Shown in pieces: positions 38,310-52,499 of a stretch of DNA of 64,000 nt. Position numbers and translations under genes: made by a program. Position 1 is the first letter of the stretch; each line of letters starts with the position of its first letter. The stretch lies in contig QPGO01000100.1 in the NCBI GenBank assembly GCA_008632985.1, positions 238,388-302,387 on the forward strand, given 5' to 3'. The notes beneath the pieces are model-generated. The model saw only the letters and a program-made list of their open reading frames with translations, had not been told where the DNA came from and searched no databases. The DNA is from Psammoneis japonica. Taxonomy: Eukaryota.

Positions 38310-39585
38310 GGTGTTTTAGCTTTTTGTTGTTGTTTTGAGTGGTTGTGAGCAGAAGAATGGCTGAGGTTTTCGCGTTCGGTATCTTTCGAAAGAATCTTTT
38401 CGCGTGACAGCTGGTTTGTTCGCCAGTCGCGCACAGCTTTTCCCGCCATTTTAGTCATGAACGTTAACCTGAATCACGAGCTGAGTCACCATCGCCACGC
38501 CATCATTATTTTTGATTTCCTCGCCAAAAGCTAAACGCTAAAAACACGCGACCATGATGATTAAAGCACCGTAGGGCCCTACCTGGTGCGTGTTCTTCAC
38601 AACACGAGAGCTAAAAGATAATAGGCTAGACATGAGAGTGAGTGTAAACAGAAAATAGAAACAACATGACAGCAACTTGATCTGCAACGATTGCCATTGT
38701 GACGGTAGGTTTCAAGGCAATGACAGTCAAGCACGATTTTTGCGCCGAATCGGATTAACTCTTTCTATTTTAGTTTTTAATTTCCTCATTCAATCGTCTG
38801 AACCATGCCACCATGCCGAACAAAATACAAAATGACTGAGACTGCCTTTCCCGAACAAGCACAATTCCAGAATGACTCACAAGCAAAGGAGAGAGATGGA
38901 TGGGAGCCTGTGGTACATGACCTGGAGAACTGCTCTTTCTCTGGTCACGATTCTCGCAATTCCAACAACCCCGGACGCGATGTCAAAGACAACGTCAAAG
39001 ACGAATCGACAGGTGAGCCTTTGTCGAGTCATACAGAGAAACTTTTTTGCACCTCTTTGTTTTCGATCTCCACCAGGAACGTGACGCCTCCAACAACAAT
39101 TTCGTCTGCTGCTGTTGCAGTATGGAGTGCCGGCACGGCGACACACACGACAATGGGATAGTGCACAAAGTCCGCCGATCCTCCCGCCTTCAAGTTAATC
39201 CAGGAGTTTCGCCATTCGAGTATCGTAAAACGCCTTTGGAGTCGTTTTCGGAGCCAATCCTTTAAAAATGCTTGTGTATGGAATAACCGACATTACACGA
39301 CTGGCTTCAGTATTCCGGAACAAATTAGATGCCTGCGTTAGTTGCAAGATTCCTTCAACACGGCATGCCTGTCCTGCTCTTTTTGTTCATAACCAGTGTC
39401 CAAAACCTGTTCAAAACAAGTAAAACTTGGCATTTCACCTGAAAGTCGCGCCAGAATTTCAACGAGGCTTTCCTACCAAGAAGCTACGTACCACATCCTC
39501 GAATGATCCCAAGTGCACTCCCACGGTCAACAACGCAAAAAAGCCACTCTCACAAAAAAAGCACTGAAGTCAATCGAACACGACC

Positions 39586-41051
39586 ATGAGCAGTTCAAGC
39601 AAGAAGGCATCCAGGACAGAGGAGCGCACGACGGGCTTTCGGGTTATATCCGAATCGTATCCCAGCGGCAGGGGATGCTGCTATGGCCAAGAGCTTGACG
39701 AGGACTACATCCGCGCTTGTACAAACACCACTGTTGTTGGAGAGTACGACACCATGAGAGAGGCTAAGCGAGCAGCTATAGCCAAGCGCAACGCCACCTG
39801 CGAGTTCGATGACTGTGAGTAGGTATCTGCGACCTTGCCATAATGACGCCATGTTTCACTTCTTCTCAACGCATTCACCTCTCTTGGTCGTCATACTCGT
39901 ACACAAACTCACGCATAGGGGCGGAAGAGTTTTATGGCAGGAAAGCACCCCCGTACTACAGTGACGACGGCGATAACTATGACGACGACGAAACGGTCGC
40001 AATCTACATTGTCGACATTTCGAAAGAACTCGCCGAGAAGGAGAAGGCAATGAAGAAGGCACGCGCTTCAGCCCCGCCCAAGAAGACCAAGTCGACGACC
40101 AAGCCGAAAGCGTCAACCAAGTCAAAGACGAAGGCGCCTTCCAAGGCAATCGTTAAGCCGGCAGACCGGAAATTCGGCCATTCAGTCACGGATACGTCAG
40201 TCATTGACACGAACATTTTTCTCCGTAACCCTTGCCGTCTCCGCGGTGGAGAGTCGCATCATCCTGGCGTTTACGGAAATGGTGAAACGGGCAAGAACTC
40301 GTTAGTATACCTGATGCAACGTATCTCGGATCGGAACTACGCCATGCGTAGCTTCTGCCTTGAGGGCACCGGGGCAGAGTACACGAGTTTTAAGAGGCGC
40401 AACGTCATTGATCGTTGTGTGGCGTGGATGCCAAACACGAACCTGAATAACCACTCCAAGAACGAAACGATCTTGGACGCTTGCCACACGGATCTCGTCC
40501 AGTACAACACGGGAAGGACCCTCTTGACAGCTGAAAGCCTTGTCGAAGGAGCGAACCCCGACATCGAATGCATGTTCATCCACGGCTACTGTGGTGGTGA
40601 CAGTTCTCCCAAGGACATTGTCAGGGCTATTGAAGCATGTCCGAATCTTCGGTGCATTTCGCTAACCGAGACCGTTCTTTCCGATGACGTCCTGACTGCA
40701 CTTGCATCATGTGCAGAACTTCGCGGAATCCTTCTTTCCATGCCAGACAACGAGTCTCCCAAAGCCACTGATGCGGGGCTTGCGGCAATCTTTCGTTCAT
40801 GCCCCAAACTCTCCTGGGTCTTTATTGATTGCGACATCTTCGATACGGAAAGCTGGAGGGCGTTTGCCGACGGCGCCTGCCCTGACCTAGAGGTTCTCTG
40901 GGTGGACAGCACCATGTCTGAAAATGGACGATACGATGTGGCTCGAGGTGACCACAACATTATCCGCGCGGTGCTGGCGGAGCGCAAGTCCGATCTGAAG
41001 CTGCTCATGATTAACCCAGATACCAAGCTCAACTCTCGTCACCACATCTGA
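39586..41051 (+). CDS. Hypothetical protein with C-terminal RNI-like/LRR region, paralog 1; intron about 39815-39918
   Basis: ACPNLRCISL, SCAELRGILL, SCPKLSWVFI and ACPDLEVLWV repeats; splice gact|gtgagt..catag|gg gives DDWAEEFY. Confidence 0.75.
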
Positions 41052-41628
41052 ATTGGAACAGGTGTAAGTCATGGCCAGCCTTGTATCTAAAGGCACAACC
41101 AAGAACCCACCGTACTGCATGCTCGTAGTAACTATGACTTTAGCGACCTCTTTGATTAAACGCACTCGTTTGTAAATTTCTTGACTACAAAACGATGGAT
41201 GAGCATGCTCCTCCAGCCCACAAGCACTGCTGCAGCTCCTCTGGCATACGTGTCCGCAATCGAAAGCATGCCGGAGCTGATATCGTATCCTTTTCAGTCA
41301 TGTGACGGATACGGGGACCAGCTGCGCTCTTTCTGTTGTGATTGTGGACAGACCAAAGATCTTGACCTAAAGATCGCAGAACGTTCCGCGTCCGGCAATG
41401 ATCGCCGGCAGGCTCCTCTGAAAGATCAGAAAAACCCGACTTTACTTGCAACCTCTTGAACCGCGCCAATTTTTCTATCATGCCATACATACTTGAGCCA
41501 CGCGGACATTATAGAAGCGACGGCTCGAATAACGACAAAATTCTCAGCGGTCCCACAAATAAATCAAACTCCGACCGCACGTGACGGCGCTTATTGCACC
41601 TCTAAAACGAATCGCACTACACTTTCGA

Positions 41629-43155
41629 ATGAGCTTGTCAAGGAAGAAAAAAAGCAAGAAGGAGTCGAAGCGCACGTCGGGGTATCGCGTCGTGAGTGAA
41701 TCGTATCCCAGCGGTCGAGGTTTCTACTTTGGTGAGGGTCTTGACGATGACTTCGTCCGGGCTTGTACCCGACCGCGATTGTGGGGGAGTTTGATACTCT
41801 GAGCGAGGCCGAACAAGCGGCCAAATATATGCGTGACGCCACATGCCAATTTGAAGACTGTGAGTAACAATCGCATACAACAAACTAAAGCAACGTCGAA
41901 GTTATCTATCAGATTCATCTCACCTATTTCTTTCTCTTTGCACTTCTTCACCAAAGGCGCAGTAGAGTATCGCGACAACAGGCCGATCAGGTACCACTTC
42001 GTTAGTCCCGATGAAGATGAGGCAATTGACATTTGGATTGTGAATATTGCTGAGGAACACGCCAACAAGGAAAACGTCGACAAGGAAAACGCTCCGCGGA
42101 AAGGGCACCCCACCGCTCAGCCCAAGAGGAGCCAGAAGGCAGGTGCCAAGACTCAGGAACGCAAATTCGGTCCTGTAAGGGTAAAATGCAATCCCGACAC
42201 AGAAATCTTTCTTCGATACCCATGCCGCCTAAGTGGAGGAGAATCGCATCCTCCCGAGGCTTATGGCTGCGGCGGGAGAGGCAAGGATTCGCATTCCTAC
42301 ATGGTTCAGCGGATGTCTGACCGCAATTATGCCATGCGCAGCCTTTGCCTTGAGGGCGCTGGTGCCAAGTATACAACCTTCAAGAGGAACGGCCACACAA
42401 CCCATGCCACGGCATGGTTACCCTCCAGCAATCTCAGTAATCACGCAGAAGATGAAACCATCTTGGACGCGTGTCACTTGGACCTTGTCAATGTCACGAA
42501 CGGAAAAAGCCTCCTCACGGCAGAGACTCTGCTCGATGCTGCAAGCCCCGAGGTCGAATGCATGTTTTTGAACGTGTACCAAGGTGGATCGAAGAGCCCA
42601 AAGGAGATTGCGACGGCCATTGCGGCATGCCCCAACCTCAAGTGCTTCTCCTCTGTGGAATCTGTCATTTCCAACGACGTTCTCAAAGCTCTTGAAGGCT
42701 GTACGGATCTTCGTGGTCTCCTCATCGAGATGCCTGTAAACAAGTCGCCTCGCGCCACTGACAAGGCTCTTGCAAGAGTTTTCAAAGCTTGCTCCAAACT
42801 CTCTTGGATCTATGTTGATTTCAATATTTTTGCTTCGGAGAGTTGGATGGCACTTGCCATGGGTGCTTGCCCAAACTTGGAGGTGCTTTGGGTAAACAGC
42901 ACCAAATCGAAAAACGGCCGTGTTGGTGTGGCGAGGGGCGATGTTGTCATTATTCGCACCTTCCTCGAACTCCGCCAATCCAGTCTCAAGCTCTGCATGA
43001 TCAACCCCGACGAGACGCTCAAATCACGCCACGTGCGCATGGGGGCAAAACAGATGGACCGGCTAGAAGGAACCAAGATCGAGGCTCCAAGGTATGAAGA
43101 TAGTTTAGATTACGAGGAAGAGCAATATGTGGATGTTGATTGCACCACCTCGTAA
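41629..43155 (+). CDS. Tandem paralog 2 of the RNI-like/LRR protein; intron about 41859-41956, frameshift near 41773
   Basis: Shares SESYPSGRG, PCRL.GGESH, QR.SDRNYAMRS.CLEG.GA.YT.FKR and ETILDACH.DLV, and the intron position, with paralog 1. Confidence 0.75.
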
Positions 43156-43959
43156 GCTGGTACTTTCAGTTTCAGGGTCTCAGCACAGTCTGGGTGCAGC
43201 GATCTTTCAGCTTTCGGTTGCCCTCAAATTGTATTTCAAAGTACCAACTATCCATATAGTCGAGAGCCATTATCAGCGACTGGTGCAGTGTCGTTAGAAG
43301 CTCGGCTCTGAACGCATGAAGAGACAAGTTGAAAGTGGCACTTTCCAACTTGTTCGAGCGTCACAACAAATAAATATAGGACCACACAACAAAACGTTTG
43401 CTCGCAGAAACAATGAGTATCATTGCGATTATCATCAACATGATTATCAATAGGATTACATGATGATTCAGCACGCTCAATGCGGCGTCGTTCGTTCACA
43501 TCATCGTCATGATGCGTTCGTGTGATGGCTGAATGAAGTTGAAGTTGAAGCGCGTATGATACGCGTTGCGCCGGAAGAAACAACCGATGACATCACAGTG
43601 ACGATGTCAAGGATTCACTGTTCGGATAATCGGTTTATTAACATATCATGCATCTAAGGTTAACTAACCTTTTAATTTACTCTAACAACTGTAGATTATC
43701 AGTCTTGAAAACCGCCATGACTTTTATAAGAAACCACATGCGTGATAAAGTATAAATAAATATAAGTGCTTCAACTGGATAAAACATCAAATACCGTTTT
43801 AAAAATTGAAACGAACAACATACCGTCCATTTTTTTTTCTTTTCGGTGTGTTGCACACAAACAAAAAGCTGCTTGCCTTCTCTGTATTCAAGCTACTCGA
43901 GTTCAAAGCTCAATTGAAGGAAACAAAAGGATCTCTATAGTTTTCCTATACCGGCGACA

Positions 43960-45041
43960 ATGCCGAGTTCAAGTTGGTCCAATCCGAGGCCGGGCTATCA
44001 GCCTCGCCATCGTCAAGGATTCGACGCGAGACCCCGTTCCCAGTATATCCCCGAGGAGTCGTTTACAGAACAAAGCTTATTCTACGACGCAAACTCCACC
44101 ATTATTTCGGATTGGGATTATGATCATGAGAGCAACTCGAATGAGTCGTACTTGAACCACACGCAGTATCAACTGGACACAAGTAAAGAAAACACGGCGC
44201 CCCTCCCGACACGTCCACGAGAAGTGACTAGAGCTCAATCATGCCCCAATCAAGGCCAGAAAAAGTCGGAAAGAAAGCTGTGGAGATCTCGCAGCGGAGA
44301 AAAGGTGGAAGTGAAATCACGCAACTGGAACCAAAAGCCTTTGGTCTGTCTTGGTACCTTGGTCGGGAAAGGGTTTGACAGCAGCAACGACACGGTACCA
44401 GAAGAAGAGGAATACAATCGCCTCTGTCAGACTATGAATGGTTTCAAAACTGATTTTGAAGCAAGTCTGCTGCATGAAAGCTTTGCAAATGGGAACATTT
44501 TGTCTCCCAAAAGTGACAACGTGGCGTCTCGCGAGGATTCGAACGCGTGGACCCCGGGACGTTTAATGTGCTCTTTTGGGACAATGTCTTCGGAACCCAG
44601 CGAAGAGGTTCCGAGAGAGCAATCGTTCTCGAACGACCTTTTCTCACCTCATCAACGCCTTCAAAGCGGCACAAAAAGGACGAGTTATAGGCGACCACAG
44701 AGTTGCCCTCCACCAAGAACAAGGAAACCCGCGAGGGAAATCATCACGGCAAAGAATCCTCGTCGTTGCAGAGAAACAAGTGGGACACCAACCGCCTGCT
44801 TTGTGCATCTGCCGTTCTTGGAGGTACCATGGGTAATGAGCGTGGTGAGTCTGGTGGTACCAATGGTGCAATGCCAGTACTCTCACGACGAAGCAAGTCG
44901 AGCCAGAAAGACACTTGGTATGTGCGACCAGAAGCCACCGCCAGACAAGAGAGCCGATATGTCCGACCAGACGCCACTGTGAATCAAGAGAGTCACGTCA
45001 TGGATATGATTTATTTTGACAGGGAGCCTTGTAACAAATGA
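43960..45041 (+). CDS. Low-complexity hypothetical protein, possibly frameshifted near 44750-44800
   Basis: 340-aa ATG-initiated ORF rich in Ser/Arg/Glu; no domain recognised. Confidence 0.5.
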
Positions 45042-46144
45042 GGTGCTTAGTTCATAAAGATGGGATTAGACAGAAGCTGGGAACAGCAACAACGAAATGT
45101 GTACGGATGTTGCTCCAGAACAGAATAAATCTACAGTAGCAACGACTTTTATAATTGTAAAACATGTTATATATCAATTCCATGCTTCTTTTTCAGCTCT
45201 ATCCAGACCTTTTACCGGTAGGTAGCATGGATGTGAGAGAAAAAGCCTCAAAATTAGAATACCACGAGACTATGGATTGACATCCAATGTGCGTTCGTGT
45301 CTCACTTTTTTCCGCGAGGGAGACATGAGACAGGGGTGCTGCAGCCCTGGCCAGATGCCGTCGGCCTTATCAAATAAGGCCCTACTACCCGCTAGCTAGC
45401 TAGAGATAGGTACCAGCGACCCAACGTTTTTTGGCGATTCTAGCTAGTTTGCTCTAGATGGAGGAGTGTTGCGCCACCTCTAACAACACCAAACCAAACA
45501 AGCAGCCAGTTCTAGAATGAAGGCAAAGTATGGTAAAGAGATTTAAGCTACTGTTTTGTGACATAACTTGCCAGAACTGTCGAATACAAGCTTATCCGCT
45601 AGAGCTACAAGCTCTACTGTTGTGTACATGACGCAATGTAAATGCTATTCTTTGAAACAGTCAACTTTGAACTTTTCCGGCATCGACGGTTGACTTGAAT
45701 CCAACGTTGCTCGATGCGGAGGTAGTATGGCCACAGGGGCGTTGATTCGTGCCGACTTTCGTAGGCATCCACCAAGAAAGAACCCCGGCAATATCGAGAA
45801 ACACTGGCGATTTCCATGTGTCGCGTACCAAGAAAGGCCTTTGTGAGACTCCCAGCCCAAATGTCCAGAGGACAATAAAAATCTACAAGAGCAATGATTT
45901 TCGTCAATAATTTCCGAGTAGTCCCAAGGCCCGAATGCCAAGAAAGACGGCGAGATTGAGTAGCTTTGCAATTAAACTGGTGTCATCAAAACAACAAAGA
46001 GCAGTGCCTACAAGCACGCTCTGTATCACTATAAACATCTTTTAACTAGTACTCATTGCTTCCCTTCATCGCATTTTCATCATTATTTATCAATTATATG
46101 CATGCAATTCATTTCGATCGATTCATTTCTCTTTTTTGTTCTCC

Positions 46145-47584
46145 TCATGACGCTGCACACAAGTCATCTACATTTTTGGATTGCGACGAGAGCGCATAAA
46201 TCAGTCCCACATAGGTTCCAATGCCCTCCAAAAAGGTCGATTCGGGAATGTACTCGTCGTTTTCATGTAGCATAATTTCCGTATTTCGCATGGGCGAAAA
46301 TCCCAAGGCTCGAATGCCCAGTGCACGCAAAAAGCGAGAATCCGTTGCCGCGGGAAAGACTTGTGGTTCCATCTTGTATTGCATGGACGACATGGAATCA
46401 CAAAATACCTTGTACCATGGATTCATCTTGACGTCTGTCGACGTTGTAGCGTGTTTTTGCAAATCATTGCCCGCTTCACCAATATACTCCCAACTCAAAC
46501 CATTTTTTGAGTCGAACATTCTTGACACCACGTATCAATCATGTCGCTAATTTCGTGGGGTTCCGTATGAGGCGAGATTCGAATATCCAACGAACACTTG
46601 GCAATGGGTGGGACACAATTGTAGGCAAAGGTATTTCCCACGGCAACGCCCGCTTGGAGTGTAGTAATGTTGAGTGATGTGACATCGCCCAAGGATCGTT
46701 TTGTGGCTTTTGTCTTTCGTTGGGCCGCAGCCACGGCGTGTGCACAATTGGAATGATCATCCAATCCCAACAAATCACGTTGTCCCTTGCGAAAGGCCAA
46801 GGCACGATTGGCCAGTTCCACCAATTGTTCCACGGCGGTATGATCAATGAATCGAGATCCGTGTCCCGTATTACCCTTGGCCGTGACATCAATCCACCAT
46901 GGCAACGTTCTCCATAAAACACGGAAAACGTATCATTGGTCGATGCCAAGCCTTCATCGAGCGCGAGTGCAATTCCAATTTTGGAAAGAGTATTCTTGTA
47001 CAAGGTTGAATCCAACAAGGCCGCCATACCGGACCCGCCCACTTCCTCGTCGGGGACATACGTCAAATAGACGGACCGCCGTGGCTGTGTATAGCCCAAT
47101 TGAATCAACTTTTTGATGGCTTGCACATATTGAATACAAACACACTTCATATCTTGTGTACCACGACCATAAATCTTTCCATCTCGCCGCAATCCCTCAA
47201 AGGGAGGGACAGTCCAATCCTCTTGTTGGGCGGGAACGACATCGTAATGACTATTCAACAACACAACCGGCAATTCCGGTTCGGTCCCTTTCCAATGTGC
47301 ACAATCACGGGAGAATTGTGTGGACTTTCCGGCAACATCCAAACACACTCGGATCCAAACACGGGCGTCAACACGTCTTGTATTAGGTATTGAGCACACT
47401 CGTGATAGGCACCCGTGTCGGGTGCCGTGGCGGACACGGTTTCGTATTGAATCAAACGTTGCAACGAGGCAATGGCCTTCTCGGATTCGTCCTTGGATAA
47501 CACAACATTGGAGGGATCGAACTTAAAAGTAGCAGCAGCAGTGTCGGTGTTATTGGTAGTGGGATCGTCGGGACGAGGCGTCAT
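46145..47584 (-). CDS. ACY1: Aminoacylase-1 (peptidase M20A), about 3 frameshifts
   Basis: LLNSHYDVVP, IYGRGTQDMKCV, VPDEEVGG, ALDEGLAS, GHGSRF, FPAATDSRFLR..GI.ALGFSP...LHENDE. Confidence 0.93.
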
Positions 47585-48110
47585 GGTTGAAGTTTGTTTG
47601 TTGTGTTTGTTGTTGCCTGTTATGTTGCTGTTTGGTTGGTGGATGTTGTTGTACCGGTATGTGGTGCTCATCACCAACGAAAAATGCGCACACTCCCAAA
47701 AAAAACTCCCTCCAACCCGCCCGATGCATGGTCAGACGACTGACGTGGTTGGAAATTTTTGACATGATTCGTTCTTTGTGACGTATGCATCTCTTATTAG
47801 ATTGACGCCACACTAAATAACTGACGTCCCGAAAAAGTGGAAATCACGAGTTCTCATTCGTCGTCAACAGCAGGAGGCGAGGTGCGTCAACAAGCACAGT
47901 GTCACCGACAGCAACACACCTTCCGATCATCATTTCTTGCCTGCAATTGCAGATAAAAGTTTGCTGAGTTCAATCTGGATCCAAACTTATTATCCATACG
48001 TCAAAGCAGACCGTTGTGTTGTATCGTCAGAATCAATCTATACCTGTGCTCTGAGATCTTTCACAGAAGCTAGCTTACACCGCCGCCCAGAAAAAAAAAG
48101 ATACAGCATA

Positions 48111-49844
48111 ATGTCTTCTTCTTGTACCGCAATCATGTTGCAAACCGTTGTGAGACGCAGTTCTACCAATACTACGAGACGTGCCACGACAAGACGAACA
48201 ATAACATCTATATCGACCAGATGCTTTTCGGATGCAGCTCGTGTCGTTGATGAACAACAACAAGAAGTGGTGGTGCCAGCCAATGGTGGACTTGCCTCGT
48301 GGGCACAAGAAGAAGCCAAACAAAAAGCAGCAGCAAAAAAGCCGAAACTTACAACAAGAGAACTGAATCCAAACAACAATACTACTACTACTGCTGCAAC
48401 TACTACTACTACTCTGGATACTTTGATATTACAACAACATCAAGACGATGATTTGTTGAGTGCAGTCGAGGACATGGACAGTCTCATGACACTTGCTTCA
48501 CAAGCCTGCACACCACTCCGTTTGTTGGACATGTACCGGTACGCATCGTCGGACGATCCACAACAACGTTTACGGAATGCACAATTTCTCTACAAGGAAA
48601 TTCCCATTCGTGTCGCACAACGTGCCGTCGATCTCTTGACGTTGCCACACGGTCTCGGAGAAACCAAGCCCATTCAGAACGTGGCTAAAATTTATCTCGA
48701 ATATCTCGATCAATTCCAAGCCATTGCGTGTCCTACATCCACAAAACAAGAAGAGGCCTTTACGGACTTTTTACAAACCATGGTGTTGGATCGGACAGCC
48801 ATTCCGATTGAAATTGCACGGGGCGTACAAGAGTGGACGACCAACATGTCTCTCAACGTGGAGCAGCAACAAGCCAATTTGCAAGAAATGAATTATGCAC
48901 TCATTCGTTTCTTTACAGCCCGTGTCGGATTGCGTTTTTGTGTGAACATCACATTATGACATCACCGAAACGTTTGCAACAATTGGAATTGAACGGATTG
49001 TTGCAACACCCACACAAAAACAACAAATTGGGTTTGATTGAAACGGACTGCAATGTGGTGCAAGAAATTCAACACGTCAGTCATCAAGTGACACAACAAA
49101 CCAAGGATTGTTATGGGATGAGTCCGGAAATTCAAATTGTCGAATGCTCCTCCCGAAAGAGTCGGAATTTTACCTTTGTTCCGCATCATTTGCAATACAT
49201 GGTGGCGGAATTGTTAAAGAATGCAAGTCGTGCGACGGTTCAATTGTGAGTACTATGTAGCAGTAGTAGTAGTAGTGGGGTGAATGTGTTTGGTTTTTGT
49301 AAATCGCGTCACTCACCTTGTTAATATATATCCTTTCTATGTTTTTCTCTGTTATCGACACAGTCACTTGAAACACTTGGCAAAACACAAGGTCCCACCC
49401 CCGATTCGCGTCATTGTCGCTCGCGGCGACGAGGACGTTACGATTAAGATTGCCGATCGCGGCGGTGGCGTACCACGTTCCAAAATGGATTACATTTGGT
49501 CCTTTGCCCATTCGACCGCCGACAAGGACGAAGAAGCCAAGACGGACTTTGGTACCAATGCCTTTACCGGTGCCTCGACGCATGGATTTGGATTGCCATT
49601 GTCGAAAATTTATGCAAAGTACTTTGGTGGTGAACTCACGTTGAAAACTATGGAGGGGTACGGGACGGATGCGTACCTGTACTTGCCGCGACTTGGAGAT
49701 GCGTGTGAGAATTTACCAAAGCGTGTTACGGTTTCGCCGGGAGAGGGAATTTCCAATCCGTCCTTTCTCAACAAGAAGAAAAAGAAGGAGAGTGTGAGGA
49801 GCTTTAGCACCAGCAGTGCGACCCAACAACCACAAGGATTGTAG
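48111..49844 (+). CDS. PDK: Mitochondrial pyruvate/branched-chain ketoacid dehydrogenase kinase; intron about 49246-49363, frameshift near 48940
   Basis: Arg/Thr/Ser-rich transit peptide; NAQFLYKEIPIRVAQR, ELLKNASRAT, IKIADRGGG, GFGLPLSKIYAKYFGG and EGYGTDAYL. Confidence 0.92.
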
Positions 49845-50921
49845 GGATTTCTTTTTTGAATTGTGTGATTTGTATTCGTATTTTAGACAAAATGGTTGGT
49901 TATACATCCTTTGGTTTTGATTGTTTTGTCGTTGTTCAAGTTTGCGGCAAGTGGTTATTATTACTTTATTTTTGTACTGCAAGCTCGCATGTCTTGTTCC
50001 TACAATAGCGGCTGTTATCGATTCTCATTTCCAAGAGAAGTGGAAAAGTCCAAATCATTCTTGCGTGTGTTGAAATAGAGCAGAACTAGTCTCTATAGAG
50101 AGAATCAGAGATAATAGAGAATCTCTATAGTTAGTTAGTAGCTTGATCTCGAGAGAGTAGTTAGTTCGTTCGTCGGTTGACTCGTCATTTCACGATTTCA
50201 ACACGATGTTGCCACATTGATGTAGTGGCGTCAATCTAAATCCATATACACCACGAGATTTGGCCAAGGCAGCTATACATTGTGAACTCTAGGTTGGCGT
50301 TGATTTTTAAACTCGGTTTTGCTTTGATATCATCTCTAGCTCAATGTTTTAGAGTTTTTCCCTATAGTTTTGTACAACTTGGACGAGACCTGCATGAAAT
50401 GGGGCGTCGTGTGTCATGATGGGACCCATCATCTTGATCTATCTAGAGTGTACTGTACCACGAAGCGAAAGAAGCGCGGCGGTTACGATGGGCAATTAAA
50501 AAAATGTCAATAATTGAAGTAAATAAACACGTGGAATGTGGTCTCTGACCTTATTGCGTGGCTGAAGAAAACACGAGCTAAATCGCTGTCACTTCCAAAT
50601 CTCCCTCCGACCTCATCACAACATCAGCTGAAAACAAACACCAAAACCCGCCGTCGTTCTACAGTCCCGGTTCATTTCAGGAGAATCATACCCCATATCC
50701 AGCCCAACATTGAATGTTGTAAAAGGTGACAACACCATCTTCCCCTCTCTCGGGCGGCACGATCGATGCGGGGGAGTTGTGTTTTTGGTGCGTTTCACGC
50801 AGAAATCTACGTGTCTGGTGCTTGACGTTGATGCTTCCTCTCGATGGATGCCTCAGTTTCTGCTCTCGATTCTCTCACAATCTTTTCTTTGACCAGGAAG
50901 TAACACAGTCAAGACATCGCC

Positions 50922-52370
50922 ATGATTGCCTTCATGAAGAACCTTGTTGTCATCTCCCTTGGCATTGCTGCCGGTGCCGCGAGTGCTGGTCCCTTTGCCC
51001 GCCCGCTTTCGGCCGTCTTTGACTCGACGGTGCAAGGTGTGTTGATTGCTGTGAAAGCAAGTCAAGACATGCTTCACATTGCTTTGGCCATGACCACAAT
51101 TTTTGCGCCGATCGAAAGCCATGATGACTCCTTCATCCGCCTCCCAAAACATCCTCCGCAACACCACACCTGCGAGCATGCCCGTTGAAGCTCAAATCAG
51201 GTCGAGCATCTATTGTGTGTCTTTTGACCACAAGGACTGCGACTCCACCCTTCTTCACAACATCATTCGAAACTGCACACCTGTGGACGACGTGCCAGTT
51301 GAAGCTCTAAAAGCCTCGAGCTCTGTCTGCCAGTCTTCCTTCGACTTGTCCTTGGAGCACGAAATCGATTTGTCTGGCCGTTTCCAAGAAATCTTTCAAG
51401 AGCACGTGCCCACCGCAATGATGCCCATCCTGACATTTTCCGACACTTGCAAGATTTTGTCAAACTGTGCCATTGAGACCACGTTGAAGTTGCACACGAC
51501 ACTCCATGAATTCTCTTTGAAGACCACCAAGACTGTTCGTGAAACCGCTTCGAGCTTGCACAAGATCATCCATGACTCCTTGAAGACCTTTGTCACAAAG
51601 ATGCAAATTCAGGCTTGCATTTGGAAAGAACACATGATGACGCAGCTTCAGACACCAAGATTGTCATTGGAATGTTGGTGGACGACAATTTTCAAGAATC
51701 AACAAATGGCTTTGTCACGCTTGTTCAAACTCAGGCTTGTGCTCTGCATGAAAAATACGAGACGATGCTGTTTCAGACACCAAAATTGTTCTGCATCCAG
51801 AACATTGGTGGACAAGAGTTCAAAACTTGTGGAAGAGCTTTTAGTCTGGGTGCGAGTGTGGGCGAGCGAGATGTCAAGAGTTGGGGACATTCCTTGTGTC
51901 CCGATCCGAATCATGCGGTGAATTGGGTTGGTTGTCAGACACAGGGTTTGGAGTTCCAAGTCGCCAGTTGTCAGATGATGCAGCAGGTGTCCTGTGCAGA
52001 CACAAATGAAAATTTATCCATCTCTGTCATAATTCACATGCTGGGTTGGTGTCCATTGCTCCATCAAAAAGGTTGTGCCGCAAACCGTGTCTCCCAAGAA
52101 CGACTTCCGCGCGCGACTGCCTGATGATGATCCAAGCTGCCTTTGCCAGTGCAGCTTCAGACAGACCCACAGCACTTGCGTGGCACAGAACCTGTCGGCA
52201 TCACACTCGCACAAGAGGAAACCGCAGAGAGGGAAGGCTCTGGCGCATGCCAAGATGACTTTGATTGTTGCAAAGAACACGAACAACATGCACCGTGCCA
52301 GTCGGCAAGACTCACAAGTGTTTTCGGCTTGCCCAGACGCATGTAACGCACAGTTTGAGACCTTCTAATG
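50922..52370 (+). pseudogene. Degenerate gene of unknown family with a signal-peptide-like start
   Basis: MIAFMKNLVVISLGIAAGAASA followed by overlapping broken frames that are nearly Tyr-free. Confidence 0.4.
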
Positions 52371-52499
52371 TCGCAGACGCATGCTGTGAATGTGAACTCT
52401 GTTGATGCAGTGGATTGAGCTGTGGTCATCGTGCCAAATTTGGTCACCATGAATTTCTTGCGGGGACTGCGACAGGCGTTTTCAACGGGGGTTCAGCAA

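Noticed and set aside
38805..39265. Short ATG ORF (118 aa)
   Set aside because: No recognisable motif; could be a small gene but cannot be supported from sequence alone.
50416..50446. Hairpin atgatggg-a-cccatcat followed by CTAG, like a Helitron 3' end
   Set aside because: It points away from the mutated block, is not followed by T, and no 5' end or Rep/helicase is seen.
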